From the human T2T-CHM13v2.0 reference genome, Homo sapiens: a DNA stretch of 64,000 nt. This document shows, piece by piece, positions 16,041 through 32,659 of the stretch. The notes beneath the pieces were generated by a model. That model was not told the DNA's origin and ran no database searches. It saw only the letters and a list, made by a program, of their open reading frames with translations. The position numbers were made by a program, and so were the translations under genes. The stretch lies in the NCBI RefSeq assembly GCF_009914755.1, contig NC_060932.1. One strand, written 5' to 3'. The first letter of the stretch is position 1. Each line of letters starts with the position of its first letter.

Positions 16041-16498
16041 TATTATTTTATAATTAATTAATTAGTTAATTAAATTTTTTTAATGAAGCAGACCCCAACG
16101 TAAAGATTGCGACACCCACCCACATATACACACCCGCCCCTGTCGCAAATCCATTCCCAGCTCAGCTGTGTACTTTCGTGGAGTTAAGAAGCCACTTATG
16201 ATGGGAAGGGTTTCTGATCTTTTCAGACCCTTCCAAAAAGGCCACCTTCAACAGGGAAAGCCAGCTCTCCATCTCACCCTGGCCTTGGACATCACAGCTG
16301 CCTCAGCCGAGAGGTGGCTCTCAAGAAGCCTGGCCCTGCCACAGCTTCCTAGCTGCCTCCTCACTGCCCCCGCCAGTGTTTCCTGCACTGATCTGCCCCA
16401 AGCTCCTGGACCTTCAGAACTTGCATTTCATTTTCTTCTTAAATTACTCTTCCCCTTATTCTATGATCACTTCTGCTTTTGACATTAAAGCACATTAA

Positions 16499-16912
<414 letters not shown>

Positions 16913-17856
16913 TAAATGTATTTTATCTTTTAAAACATTTCTTGGGGTGTTATATTTTAAAAATTAACTTTCATGTTTTTCTTTTGAATGTGTTGTTACT
17001 TTCTGTCTCCTATACTTTTAAGTTTGCCTACTTTTTTAGTGCTGTTTGTATTAGGCTAAATTTATTTGTAGCAATTATCTTGATTTTAGAACTTTAAACC
17101 TTTGTTATATTCCTTAATTTTACTTTATTTTTAGTGTTGAATGCTTTTTCTTTCCTTTTTTAGTCTTCTTACATGATCTTGTTTAACAGTGTTTATCTTA
17201 CTCTTCTCTTATGTGGTGCATATTTTGTGATCAGTTTTGGTGATCGCTCATGAGAAGCTGGGCGCAGCATCACACCTCTTCTGGGCATATCTTGCCCAGA
17301 GGTCTCTGTCACTGCTGCCCCAGATGCCCCTCGGGCTCATCCAGTGGGTAAAGGATGGTAGCCTAAGAGGCTTAGAGTTAATTCTCTCCAGGACTCAAGC
17401 TCACTTGGCACATGGCATGTTTGATTAGCTGGAACCCATGCTTGCTCTCTCACATTATCCAGTAATGAGAAATGTGAGTTCTAATTCAAGTTCTCTGATG
17501 AATAACTGCTGACACTAAGACGAGCCAGAGGGCTCTTTATTCAGCTCCAGCCTGGCCCTGGGGAGGGTCCTATGGGTTGACCTTCCCAATGGCTTCTCTA
17601 GAGATGGGGAGAAATTGCACCCTGCAACATTCTCTGGGAGCTACTTCACCACTCATCAAGACTGCTGCCCTCATTCCTGGCAGAATTCAGAGATGCTCCT
17701 CCTTCTTCATCACAAAAACCCAACAGGGCTGCATCAGGGATTATCTCAAACAGCGTTGTTCCATGGGATCACTTGCAACCTCGGGGAACAACTCTCTGAA
17801 CTCTACAATCTATATTGAATAATTCAACCTGCCTGGAAATCTATGCCCCTGAATCA

Positions 17857-18294
<438 letters not shown>

Positions 18295-19429
18295 CTAACC
18301 GTGGTCAGCCAGGGAGCCATGGGCCTCCCTGGACGTGGGAAACTGAGGGGCCCAATCAAAACCAGCATCATGTAGGGCTGCATAGTCACCTCCTTCCTGG
18401 CCTTATGCCCTAAAAGGTCAGAGATCACCCACTCATCCATGCACTCTGTGATGCAAGGCACTGGGACAGGGAGGGCTCACTGCAAAGGTGAACAAAACTG
18501 ATGCATTTTCTTCCAGGAAAGACACATGTAAAACTCACCATGATCCAAGGTTCAGTGAGTGGGTGCAACAAGCACCAATTATATGCTGTGGACTGTGGGA
18601 AAGGAATGATACGTTATAATTAGTTGGGGAGGGAGGACAGAGAAGGCTTCATGGATGCTAGACACTAAAGGCTGAGCAGCACACATGGGCAAAGGCACAC
18701 AGATTTGAACGTGCATGGTGTATTCAGGGAATTGCAACTGGCCACACTCAGGGAGAGGCAGAGAAGAGTGACCACCATCGCCTGCACCCTAGGCCCATCC
18801 TGTGGCTTTGATGCACACACAGCTGCATGCAGGCTGCCAGTCCCTCTTCTCTGCGTGCCCTAGAGGGTGACGGCAGTACAGAACTGGCTCCCTCTACCAT
18901 GCAATAGCATTTGGAAATGGTCTTCTGTTGTTTCCCAGATGGCAGTAGAAGAACAAGTCACGTCCACTGTGCTATTGAGGGCAGGCTCCAGCATCTAGAA
19001 TGGGGAGTCCAGGCGCTCATCCTCGGGTCTCCTGAACACTTGTATCTTTCCTCCCACACCCTCTTCCCTCTCTGCTTTTGCACCAGTCATTGGGATTCAG
19101 TTGAGAGTCCAGAGTACCAGAGGCTGTCCAAGGCCTCTCTGTCCACCTCATTCCTGTTGTCCCCATCTCTTGGAAGTGGAAACAATTCCCCTTCTCATTC
19201 ATTCTCTCTGTTTTGGGGCAGAATTCAGTGAAAGAAACACCACCCTCAACTGTGGTGGACATCTTTTCTTTCTGCTTATTGAATTTCTATAGTAAAAGCA
19301 ATTCCATTTTCCTTTGGGGGTCACCCCTATTGCACACAGTCCTGATAGCCTGTCATTCATGGGGCCCCATCCTCCATGATTCATCAGTAGACAGGTGACC
19401 AACCCAGGCCACTCAGATACCCTTCTCCC

Positions 19430-19760
19430 TGGAAGATCTTTCTTCAGATGCACATGGCTCACTCACTCCCTTACTTCTTCCAGATCTCTGCCCAAATATT
19501 ACCCCTTACAGAAGCCACAGTGTTCCACACATCTACACATGGCACCTGCCACCTGCTTCCATTCTGCTGTCACCCACCCTGCTGCAGTTTTCATTAAGGT
19601 GCATATCACTGCACTGCATACATTTATATATTTGTTCATTATCTGCCTCTCCCACTGGAATGTCAGCTCAATGAGAACAAGGACTGTTTTTCTCACTGAT
19701 GCATTATCAGTGCCTAAGCAGTGTTGACTGTAAGCACTAATAAGCCTTTATTGAATGGAG
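19430..19760 (+). mobile_element. L2 3' end
   Basis: tctgcctctcccactggaatgtcagctc...tttattgaatg. Confidence 0.7.
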
Positions 19761-21015
19761 AAGGGATGAAGACATGGACTTTGAATCTTGGGTAAAATAA
19801 CAGAAGCAGCTGCAGCTTCGTCCTTACATCAGAGCCTTGAAGAATCATCCATAGGCTCCTGGTGCTAGGCCCTCAGGGCTGCCCTGTTGCAGTGAGCATC
19901 TCTACCTCCGCCAATCCCACCCCAATAGAGTCCTTGATTTACAGAGTTGGTCCCTATGGTTTACAGTCACAGATCCCTGACTCTTACCTTCTCCAGGCTC
20001 TCCACAGGCCACTACCATCCCAAGGTGGGTTTGCTGGGTCCTCAGAGCTTCCTTATAACTGACCTGGATTTACTGTTCCCTCATTTGAACTCGGTCTCTA
20101 AATTGTCACCTTCTGATTCCAAGTCACACCCCACCCCCAGCTCACTGCTCATTGCCCATGGCTCCCCCATATTCCCTCCGGTGTGTAACCCACTTTCTCA
20201 GCTGCCACACATGGCAGTGAACCCTGCTTAGAGCTGTGCCCACAGTGGTTTAAGGTTACAAGCTTAATATAGGTCCAGTCTCAGGGTCTGGGACTGCACC
20301 CAGGGTGGTGCCACAGAAAAACATTTTATGCACATGCCTAAGTCCTCAAATGACTATTAACCCTGGTGTGGGGCATAATGATAGGAGGCCACCCTCTTGT
20401 ATGTGTTTGGTGACACAGCACTGCAGATAACAGAGGACATGAAGAACAATCCACGTCGCCACGATACTGCAACAGTGATACCAACTCTCTTTCAACTTAC
20501 ATATTCCCTGAAAAATAGCCAAAGTACTTTAAAGCACCAGAGCACTGTATTTAAAGAAAAGTATTCCAACTCATTCCTTCCACTCACAAGCACAGGCAGA
20601 TAAGAGGCCTTTGATCTCAGTTATTTTGTGCAGCAATTTTTTTTTTATTTTAAGTGATTCCATTATTTTGACACAGGCCTGACAGCAAAAGAACAGCTGC
20701 CACGGCAGTCAGGGAATAGTCTATCACTTTGCTGAAACATCCAGAGAGCATCTCAGGTCACAAATGAGAGGGGAAGAGGGTTTCAGTAGATTTAGAGAGC
20801 TTTCTCCTCGCTGCCATAGAGAGAAATCATTGGTTGTAATTCACTAACTTCCTTTAGAAATATTTTCAAAGTAATTTGAAAATTATTTAGAGAATAATGT
20901 GTTCCCTAAAAAGGAACATACAAATGTATAAGAAGCAGCCAGTTATGCTTAATTAGTATCTGGGGCATGGAAGGGGAATGGGTTTAACATGCTGTGGCTT
21001 TAAAACAACAGATTG

Positions 21016-21092
21016 GCACATGTATCCATATATAACAAACCTGCACATTGTGCACATGTACCCTAGAACTTAAAGTATAATAATAAAAAAAA
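21016..21092 (+). mobile_element. Very short 5'-truncated L1PA 3' end
   Basis: aacctgcacattgtgcacatgtaccctagaacttaaagtataat plus A tail; TSD cagattg. Confidence 0.88.
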
Positions 21093-21333
21093 TCAGATTG
21101 CCACCTGTGAGTGACCACTGTTTATACACTTCATCAGATCTTCAGGAAGGAGTACGGGGTGTTATCAGGAAGGCATGTAAAATATTAGGCCAAATTTTTT
21201 AAAGTATATTTTGGAACAAAAAATTTTTCATAAAAAGTTAAGGATGAATCCCCTTAGAACACAAACAGAAAATGGATGGGACTTATCAAAACATAAAGGA
21301 ACTCATGAAAAACTTTAACCTCACAAGTTATCA

Positions 21334-21653
<320 letters not shown>

Positions 21654-22034
21654 AGCTGCAAACAATGAGATACAGTTCTAATTTAATAAACTCACAAAGA
21701 CTGAAATAACACTCAGTGCAGAAACAAAATCAATGAGTTAGTTATTCTTGTCCAATGCTGGTACAAAGTCACACGATCAAGCTTCTGGACACTAATTCCC
21801 ATATATATATCATGGTAACATTTATCACTATATTATGTATATAATAGAAACAACATTAATAATAAAGTGATTGTTAACTAAATTTTGAGATACAATGTGG
21901 CTATTAATTTTAATGTTTATGAAGAATTTTTATAGCTTGAAGAAATACTTATTTTAAAATTTAAGTGAAAATGAAGGATACAAAATTCTTTTAATAATGT
22001 GGTCACGATTATATAAACCTTCAAAAAAAGATTG

Positions 22035-22340
<306 letters not shown>

Positions 22341-22369
22341 CTAGCAGGAAACAATTGTAGAAAATATTT

Positions 22370-23120
22370 CTGAACAGGCACTTTACCAAAAAAGATACAT
22401 AAATGGCAAATAAGCACATGAAAGATATTCGGCATCATTAGTCATCAGTAAAGTGCAAATTAAAACCACAGTGAAATACCACTAAACAGCTATTTGAATG
22501 GTTAAAATTAAAAAGACAGACCATACCAAGTGTTCTTGAGGATGTGATGCAAACTAGAACTGTCATACCCTGCTAGTGGGAATGTAAAATTGGTACAACC
22601 ACTTTGGAGAACATTTCAGTAGTGTCTTAAGGAGTCAAACATATACATATCACTTGATTCAACCATTCCACACCCAGGTATGATCACAAAAGAAATAAAA
22701 ACATATGTCCATACAAATGTTCATAGAAGCCTTATTCGTAGTAGTGAAAAACTGGAAACATCCAAAACATCTATCTAGAGATGAAGAGATAAACAAATTA
22801 TAGTATGGTCATACAATGGAATACTACTTAGCGATATAAAGAAATGAACTATTGATACTTGCTGAAATGTGGAGAAATCTCATAATAATTATGTTGAGTG
22901 AAAGAAAGCAGACATAAAAGAGTACACACTGGATGATTCAATTTATGAAATTCTAGAAAACGTGAACTATCCCATAGTAATAAGAAACCAGAGCAATGTT
23001 ACCCGGGGACTGAGGAGGTCAGGCGGAAGGAGGGATTCAAAAGAGGCCCAAAACCACTCTTGGCAATGTTGGATCTGGATCTGTTTGCCATCTTGACTGT
23101 GGTGATGGCTTCACTGGGGT
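22370..23120 (+). mobile_element. L1M (MC/MD/ME) ORF2 end and 3' UTR
   Basis: caaattaaaaccacagtg...gggaatgtaaaattggtacaaccactttgg...catacaatggaatactact. Confidence 0.85.
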
Positions 23121-23147
23121 GTGTGTGGGTGGGGGGTGGGGTGGTAG

Positions 23148-23824
23148 CAGTAGTCCCCACTTATCCTTGGTTTCACTTTCCAATATAACAATTACCCACA
23201 GCCAATTGCAGTCCAAAAATATTAAATGGAAAATTCCAGAAATCAACAATTCTTAAGTTTTAAATTGCATGCTGTTCTGAGTAGCCTGGTGAAATTTCAT
23301 ATTGTTCAGCTCTGTCCCCACCGGGGATGTGAATCCTCCCTTTGTCCAGCGTCCCGACGCTGTTTATGCTACCCACGCGTTAGTCATCAACATCATCTGC
23401 TCCTGACATCCAGCCGTCGAGGTCGTCGTGACTGGATGCCAGAAGCAGACGGTCCTTCCTCTGAGTGTCGTTAGAAGGTCAACTCCACAACTGTCAACTG
23501 TGCCTACGTCATTCATCTCCCTTCATCTCATCACACAGACATTTTATAATCTCACATCACCACAAGAAGGGTGAGCACAGTACAATAAGATATTTTGAGA
23601 GAGAGACCACATTCACATAAATTTTATCATAGTATATTCTTGCAATTGTTCCATTTTATTATTGTTGTTGTTAATCTCCTACTGTGACTAATTTATAAAT
23701 TAAACTTTGTTATAGGTATGTATACGTATGAAAAGACAGTATATATAGGGTTCAGTTCTATACGAGGTTTTAGGCATGCATCAAGGGTTCGGGGGTATCC
23801 CCTGCAGACAATGGGGGACTATTG
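23148..23824 (+). mobile_element. MER44 (Tigger7-derived) DNA transposon
   Basis: TIRs cagtagtcccc / ggggactattg; aaatggaaaattccagaaat internal motif. Confidence 0.85.
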
Positions 23825-23844
23825 CATATTTACATATATGTATG

Positions 23845-23847
<3 letters not shown>

Positions 23848-23879
<32 letters not shown>
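23848..23879. repeat. (GT)n microsatellite
   Basis: About 16 GT units. Confidence 0.95.
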
Positions 23880-23880
<1 letters not shown>

Positions 23881-24567
23881 ATATATGTGTTAAACCTTTT
23901 CAAATTGTATATTTAATTATGTACAGTTTATTTTATGTCAATTTTATCTCAGGAATAAAAGGAAGGACCAGAGATCTAAAAGTGGATTCTGGAAGTGGTT
24001 GCACAACTCTATACATTTACATCATTGAGTTGTATACTTAGAGTAGGTAAACATGGTATGTAAAATAGGCTTCCAAAAAGTCATTAAAAAAAAATAGAAT
24101 AGAAGGAAATGCATCCATGTGTTAAAAGTTGTTAGCTCAGGTTAGTGAAATTACAATGTGGGATTTTGGTGTTTTCCTTATAACTTTTCATATTTTCAGT
24201 TTTCTCTAATTGAATACATATTAAAATAAGCAAAAAAATTAAACATATCTTTGGGAATTAGTAGTAGCTTTATATTATTCAGCTGCTAATACTCCAGCCA
24301 TCAAATGTGCTATCTTTGTGTAAAGTTAGGACAAATCAGTATTTTTTTACCTTGAAGAAGGCCTTTACAGGACAATGGACTTGTTTTATTTGTTCTTATG
24401 TCTATAGCATTTCTTGCAGGGGCACCTGACACATCCTGAACATCAATAATCTCTGAAGAATGTATGTACAGGACAGTATTTGCAAAGCAACCATCCCATT
24501 TTCTATAAGATTGATCTGCCTAGTACTTCAAGATGACTTCTTATAGGCCAAACTATTATAACAATTC

Positions 24568-24761
24568 AAGGGTTAACAAACTACCAGCAGATCTGGTAAA
24601 TACAGTTTTATTAGAAAACAGCTATATGGATTCATTTATGTATAGTGTATGGCTACTTACACCAAAATGGCAGAGTTGAGCGACTGCAACAGACATGGTA
24701 CAGCCCACAAAGCTTAAGATATTTACTATCTGACCCTTTATATAAAAAGTTTGCCGGCCCT
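24568..24761. mobile_element. MER58A-like hAT element
   Basis: ggcagagttgag...tatttactatctgaccctttat...aaaagtttgccggccc. Confidence 0.8.
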
Positions 24762-25419
24762 TATAATAAACCGTGGCAGTCTTTTATTAAGCATTTACTG
24801 TGTTCCAGGTATCAGCAAAATGTTTGCATACATTATTTTAATTTTCACCCCTAAGGTAGTTATAATTATTTAAGCTATGACTATAAACCACACAAGTATG
24901 GGTAAATTTTTATTTAGACGCATATCTGAAAAAGCCATTTCTCTATAAAGTTTATAGTTTTAACATGTTAACTATGTAGAATAAAATTATGCAAGGAAAT
25001 CAGAAGACTATTTGCATAAAAAGAAAATTTATTTGTAAAATCAATTTTTCCAGAGCTGGCAGTATCTCAGAGGTTCAACTTATAAAGGCATAAACCCAAA
25101 GCAGTATTTTAATTGAACCTTAATTCATGCTGAAGTAAAATAGAATCATAACTGTTATTTAATGACTACCTTTCAGAAACTACACTAGGTACTTCACATT
25201 ACTTGTGCCATCAACACTAACAACCTTATGGAAAAAAGCATACTGTCATTTTCAATTTACAGATGAGAAAGCTGAGTCCCTGAGAAGTTAAGGAGATAGG
25301 CAATTAGTAAGTGGTAGAACCCAAATTAGAACTTAACTCTGTCTGAACCCAAAGCCTGTCCTCTTTTCATTTAAGGGCACATTTCTCCAAAACACAAAAA
25401 GGTATCAAAATTTTAATTA

Positions 25420-26447
25420 TAAGAAACTTAATTAAACTAAAAAGCTTCTGTACAGCAAAAGAGAGAGTCAACAGAGTGAACAGTCAACCTGCAGAATAGG
25501 AGAAAATATTTGCAAAATTATATATACAACAGGGGACTGATATCCAGAATTTATAAGGAACTCAACCCAACAACAACAAAAATAATTCTATTAAAAAGTG
25601 GGCAAAGGACATGAATAGATAATTTTCAACAGAAGGCATATAAATGGCCTACAGGCATATGAAAAAAATGCTCAACATCATTAATAATCAGAGAAATGCA
25701 ATTTAAAACAAAAATGAGATATAATCTTACACCAACCAGAATGGCTATTATTAAAAAGACAAAAAATAACAGATGTTGGCAAGGATACAGAGAAAAGGGA
25801 ACTCTTATACACTGTTGATGGGAATGTCAATTAGTATAGCCACTGTGGGAAACAGTATGGAGATTTCTCAAAGAATTAAAAATAAAACTAACATTTGACC
25901 TAGCAATCCCACTACTGGGGTATCTACCCAAAGGAAAGGAAATCAGTATATCGAAGGGATATTTGCCTTCACACACTTATCATTGCACTATTCACAATAG
26001 CAAAGATACGGAATCAACCAAAGTGCATATCAATGGAGGACTGGATAAAGAAAATGTGGTACATATACACAATGGAAAACTATTCAGCCATAAAAAATAA
26101 CATTGTATCTTTTGCAGCAACATGAATGTAACTGGAGTCCATTATCCTAAGTGGAACAAGCCAGACACAGAAAGACAAATAGCACATGTTCTCACTTACA
26201 AATGGGAGCTAAATAATGTGTACACATGGATGTAGACTGTGGAATGATAGAATATGGAGATTTGGAAGGGTAAGGGTGGATGGTGGATGATGAGCGATTA
26301 CTTAATGGGTACAATGTATGGTATTTGGGTGATGGATACCCTAAAAGGCCTAATTTCATCACTATGCCATCTATCCATGGTATTACCCAATTACCTAAGA
26401 CACCATAAAATTATGCTTGTAACCCATAAATTTATACAAATAAAAAA
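25420..26447 (+). mobile_element. L1PB-type (L1PB4-like) 3' ~1 kb
   Basis: aaactaaaaagcttctgtacagcaaaag ORF2 end through 3' UTR and A tail. Confidence 0.9.
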
Positions 26448-27170
26448 GAAGCATACAGGGCTCTGCTACTGAAAAAAAAAAATCACATCAGAGCGGAAAA
26501 TCTCAAAATATTTTTGGAGCTGTTAGTAGCAGGAGGCTTAAAAGCATTCTAAATGAAAAAGAAGCTCATTATTAGATTTCCTTTTCCAGTTTCATCACTA
26601 ATAGGCTTCCATAAGGATGGCAGGGAAATGTACATTATCTGGAAAATACATGCCAAATATGTTGCATACCATTTACTTCAGTAATTACGGTGAAGCCTCA
26701 GAAGAGCATACCAGCTGTTAAGAGCAGCTTCAACTTACCTCCTGGGAAGGCTGAGTCACTGCCAGGAAGCACCTTCCAGGTCAACAGGCATCTGTGTGAC
26801 ACACTGTACTTTCCAGGCACTTGAAGAAGCATGATTTCCATTGGAAAGATCCAGGCTCAGAGCAACACCAAAGCACAAATGGAACAATGTCTTGTGCAAA
26901 GTCCCTGCAGTCATTGGCATCACCATGGCCATCCATTGGATTTTATAGACATTTGAGTGATATAAACCCTTTAGGACACCTTTAACACTACCCTGTTTTT
27001 TGCATCAATCCACAGGAGTTAGTCTTGGTACACTTTAAGTAAGGCTGCCTGCACTAGGGTTCCTTGTAAAGTTTATTCTTGAATTCAGAGACATATTAGT
27101 AGTCAAAGTCAACAGTCATTGAGAATAGAACTGTTACTATAAGATAACATTGGGCATTTGTTGTCTGTAA

Positions 27171-27587
<417 letters not shown>

Positions 27588-27659
27588 TAAAGAATTTTTC
27601 TTTGTCACCACTTCATCAATGAAATAATATAATAAATTCATCTGAATTAAGAATAGATA

Positions 27660-27907
27660 ACATCAAACACCAGGGCCTGTCAGCGGGTGTGGGGCAAGGG
27701 GAGGGAGAGCAATAGGACAAATACCTAATGCATGTGGGGTTTAAAACCTAGATGATGGGTTGATGGGTGCAGCAAACCACCATGGCACATGTATATCTAC
27801 GTAACAAACCTGCACATTCTGCACATGTATCCCAGAACTTAAAGTATAATAAATAAATAAATAAATAAACATCAAAAATTATAAGTTATATAAAAAGGTT
27901 AAAAAAA
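27660..27907 (+). mobile_element. L1PA (PA8-PA10-like) 3' end
   Basis: ggtgcagcaaaccaccatggcacatgtat...cccagaacttaaagtataat; TSD aatagataa. Confidence 0.9.
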
Positions 27908-27917
27908 TAGATAATCC

Positions 27918-28218
27918 AGCCTAGCACAGCGGCTCACACCTGTAATCCCAAGACCTTGGGAGGCCAAGGAGGGAGGATTGCTTGAGACCAGGAGTTCAAG
28001 ACCAGCCTGGGCAATATGGCAAGACCCCATCTCTACAGAATTAAAAAATTAGCCAGGTGTGGTGGCATGCACCTATGGCCTCAACTACTCAGGAGGCTGA
28101 GATGGGAGGATATCTTGGGCCCAGGAGGTCAAGGCTGCAGTGAGTCATGTTCTTGCCACTGCACTCCAGTTTGGGAGACAGAGCAAGACCCTGTCTCAAA
28201 AAAAAAAAAAAAAAAAAA
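27918..28218 (+). mobile_element. AluJ
   Basis: Alu consensus with A tail. Confidence 0.9.
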
Positions 28219-28519
28219 GTAATCCCTTTATTTTTGTTATCTGACAATAAGAAAGAGAACTTATAAATACAGTTTTACTTACTAAGTTAACATGCCTAAG
28301 CCTTTTGTATTTTTTCTATCACACAACACTTCAATTTATAGCAGTAGAAAAAAATTCTCATTTGGAAGGTGTAGTCGTCTACAGTCTACTCTTATGAAAA
28401 AGACAAAAGTGCCAAATGACCCATCTAATACCAGGCATTTTGTTTTAAAAATTTTTAAAGTAATATTCAGTTTCCTCAGGGCAATTATGACTCAACTCAT
28501 ATTCAAGAGGTTCGTAAGA

Positions 28520-28740
28520 GTATTGGCTTCAGCATCAGCTGTCTGTGTAGGTCTCTATCAGGGACTGGCTCTGTGATCCTAGACAAGTTACTTAATCCCA
28601 CTAGATGTGCTTCCTCATCTATAAATAGTAGATCATAATTTATCTACTTCCAAGAGTTATTGAGGGGAGTAAATGAAACAATGTACATAAAGCCCTTCAC
28701 ACTAAATGCTCATCAATGTCAGCTATAACAATGATCATTA
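28520..28740 (+). mobile_element. MIR
   Basis: tgtgatcctagacaagttacttaa...ttcctcatctataaa core. Confidence 0.75.
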
Positions 28741-28821
28741 TTGTTACTTCTATTATTATATATAACTTTATAGTTAAAATTATTATTCTGAGACCTTGCC
28801 AGACTTTAAAATGTCTTCAGA

Positions 28822-29090
28822 TTAATGGGTACAAAAAAATATAGAAAGAATGAATAAGACCTACTATTTGATAGCATAATAGGATGACTATAGTCAATAA
28901 TAACTTAATTGTATATTTTAAAATAACTTTTAAAATGTGATTAGATTATTTGTAACTCAAAGGATAAATGCTTGAGGGGATACCCCATTCTCTATTGTGT
29001 GCTTATTTCACATTGCATGCCTGTAGCAAAACACCTCATGTACTCCACAAATATATACACCTACTCTGTACCTACGAAAAATTTTTTAAA
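28822..29090 (+). mobile_element. L1MA (MA2/3-like) 3' end
   Basis: gactatagtcaataataacttaattgt...aaggataaatgcttgagggga. Confidence 0.85.
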
Positions 29091-30123
29091 TGATTTTTAA
29101 AATATAAAAATTTTGAATTTTAATTTTAAATTTTAATTTTTAAATTTTAAAAATTAAAAAAGGTATCTTCATAAAAGGATGATGATGATGATGTCAATTT
29201 TATGGTTAAGTGTATTTTTTTTGTACCAAAGTCTTTGAAAATGGAATTTGCATATCTGGTTGTCAGATAATTGGAATTACCCAAAACACCCCATTCCCTA
29301 ATCATTAATCAATCAGTAGTTATTTGGTGAAGTTATACTTTTAAAATATCTTATGTTAAATATTATGAGTGAAAAAGAGGGCCATGCCCCTTCCTAAAAA
29401 GAGTGTGTGACCTATACGGAGAATGAAATGATAATTGCGGTGGAGATACATCATTATACATTTGTACAAGCCCATAAGATGTACACCAAGAATGAATCCT
29501 AATGTAAATTATGAACCCTGGATGACAAGGATGTGGCAATGTAAGTTCATCACTTGTAATGAACCTACTTCTCTGGTGGGACTCTTCATAATGGAGGAGG
29601 CTATGCATGTGTGAGGCAGGGAATACACGGGAAATCTTTGTACCTTTCTCTCAATGTTGCTGTGATCCTAAAACTCTAAAAAATAAGATCTTTTTTTAAC
29701 CTAAAAAGCTACACCTAGATTAAAGTCTATTTTTTAGAAAGGCAAGGCCAAAGTTTGGGAGAAAATATTTGCAAAGACTCATACCCAGAATACCTAAAGA
29801 GTTCTTACAATTCAATAATTAGAAGATTAAAACACTAATGGAGAAAGGGCAAAAATTTTGGACAGTTGTATCACCAAAGAAGGTATCAAGATGGAAAATA
29901 ATCTATGCAAAAATACTTAACACCATTGATCATTGGATAAGTGCAAATAAAAGCAATAAGATACCACTATCACTAGAATGACTAAAATTAGAAAGACTGA
30001 CCATATCAAGTAGTAGCAAGGATGTGGAGCAACTAGAACTCTCATACATCGCTGGTGGGAATGCATAAAAGTACAGCCATGATGGAAAATAGTTTGGTAG
30101 TTTCTTAGAAAGTTAAACATACA

Positions 30124-30734
<611 letters not shown>

Positions 30735-32640
30735 TTACCATATGACCCAGCAATTCCATTCTTAGATTACCCAAGACAAATTAAAATACATGTTCACACA
30801 ACTAGTGCTAGAGAGCATCTCAAGTGGTTTTGGAGGCAAAAAGGGGGTGGAGATTGCACAATGGCACAAGCAGACATTTTGGGTGATGGAAACATTATCA
30901 TGATAGTAGTGATAAATATAGGACTATAGATATTTGTCAAAGCAACCAAATTCTATACTTAAATTTAGTAAATCTTATTGTAATTTAAAATCATATCTCA
31001 ATAAAATTGATGCAAAAAAATATAATTATTGACATAAGTTATTCTATGATAAATGCCTAACAGTGGTCCCAATAACTATAGACTTCAGGAGACAGAAAAG
31101 GAAGAAGAGAATGAATACTTATAAAGTGCTTCCTGTGTGCTTTCTAAACACAATAGTAAATCCTGCCAACAAGTTATCTGAAATATAAGTTTAGTTAGTT
31201 TGCACTTTGAAGAAGCTGTCTGATCTTTGAAATAGTAAGAAATGTACCCAAGTCACAAAACTAGTAAGCAGTAGATTCAAACCCAAGTCTGACTTTGAAA
31301 TCCAAGTACTACACTATACCACATGGCTTCCCAAGTAATTTAAATACAGCCACAAATGAAATCACACTTTAACCCAACAAATATCAAGAGCAAACCATCC
31401 AAAAGAAATCAAACCACCATTGCTGCTCTCCTAGCAGAAGGATATTAATATGTGCAACAGCCAAATAATACATAAGAAATCTCAACACCAAGTCCTAATC
31501 TTTTAAATAGAGAATCCTGAATAGTCATAGAAGCTATTATAATATTCAGAGCAAAGTTATTATAGAGATGTTTGCATAAATACACTATGTGAAATTTTCA
31601 AATTCACTTATACATTTTATCAAATTCTCAAGGACATTTCTGGAGTAATCTCATCAGTTATAGAGCATTAATTCTGATGCCTGACCACAGATGATATAGT
31701 TATTATGTAATATTTAATAGTTCAAAATGGAAAGTTAATATACTTCTAAAAATACCAAAGAAACTTGTATATAAAAATGTCAACTGTGATCACCAAAAAT
31801 TGCTTCTAGATGTATCTAACTATCTCATACTCTCTTTAAGAGTTCTGCATTTCATATCAGGGATGGCCTGAATAAGTAACATTATTTCATATGTGACAAC
31901 TGTTTAGCTTATTGTCAATGATACAGATTTATCATGATCTTATAAACCTCATGATCCATCCAATCCCTCAATTTTTAACTACTTTCAGGAAGTTTCACCA
32001 ATAGGCAAATATGCTGAGGGACAAAAAAACTAATACTAGGAGCATTTTAAAAAATAATTATATGCTGTCCCTAGCAGGCTTCAGTGCTTAAGCTACAACA
32101 ATTAATGTGATGTACCAAATTTTCACAAGTGCAATGCATCTTAGCAGCTCATCTAATGGAGTTTGGGTAATACTATTCATTAGTAAGAACCCTTAGAAAC
32201 AATCCATGATTTTGTTCTCCCCAAGAAAGTGATCTTTTCATGATTTGGCAAATGTGGGCACACACACACACAACAACAACTTAATAGTTGTTTTTGTAGT
32301 CATCTATAAAATGGAGAGCTAAAGTACATACTTGGTCATCTAGAATCCCTCAAAAAATTATCTTGCGTAGAACTGTCTAGGTAATTGAGGAAAATGATGT
32401 CTATGTCAAATATTTGGAGAAAGCTCTAAATTAATGAATACTTTGACTACTTAAACAGCCTGAAAGAAATTAAGTAAAAGCCTTGACAACTCAGCCTAAC
32501 AAAATAGGGAATAGTTAAGGATCCATTCCAATAATTTTGGAAGAAAGAGTGAAGATGCATTTAAAATGTTAGTAGATTGAATTTGCAAAGCTGTCTGCAT
32601 GGCAGAAGGCAAGGAAACCTGTTTGTAACCCAGGGCTGAG

Positions 32641-32659
32641 CAGCTGCCCCCTGCTGACT
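32641..32659 (-). promoter_or_regulatory. Candidate CTCF motif
   Basis: Minus strand AGTCAGCAGGGGGCAGCTG matches the CTCF core CCASYAGRKGGCRS with one mismatch; lies in apparently unique sequence. Confidence 0.5.

Noticed and set aside
29131-29159. AT-only palindrome with 14-bp arms
   Set aside because: Low-complexity decay of an L1 tail; expected in such tracts.
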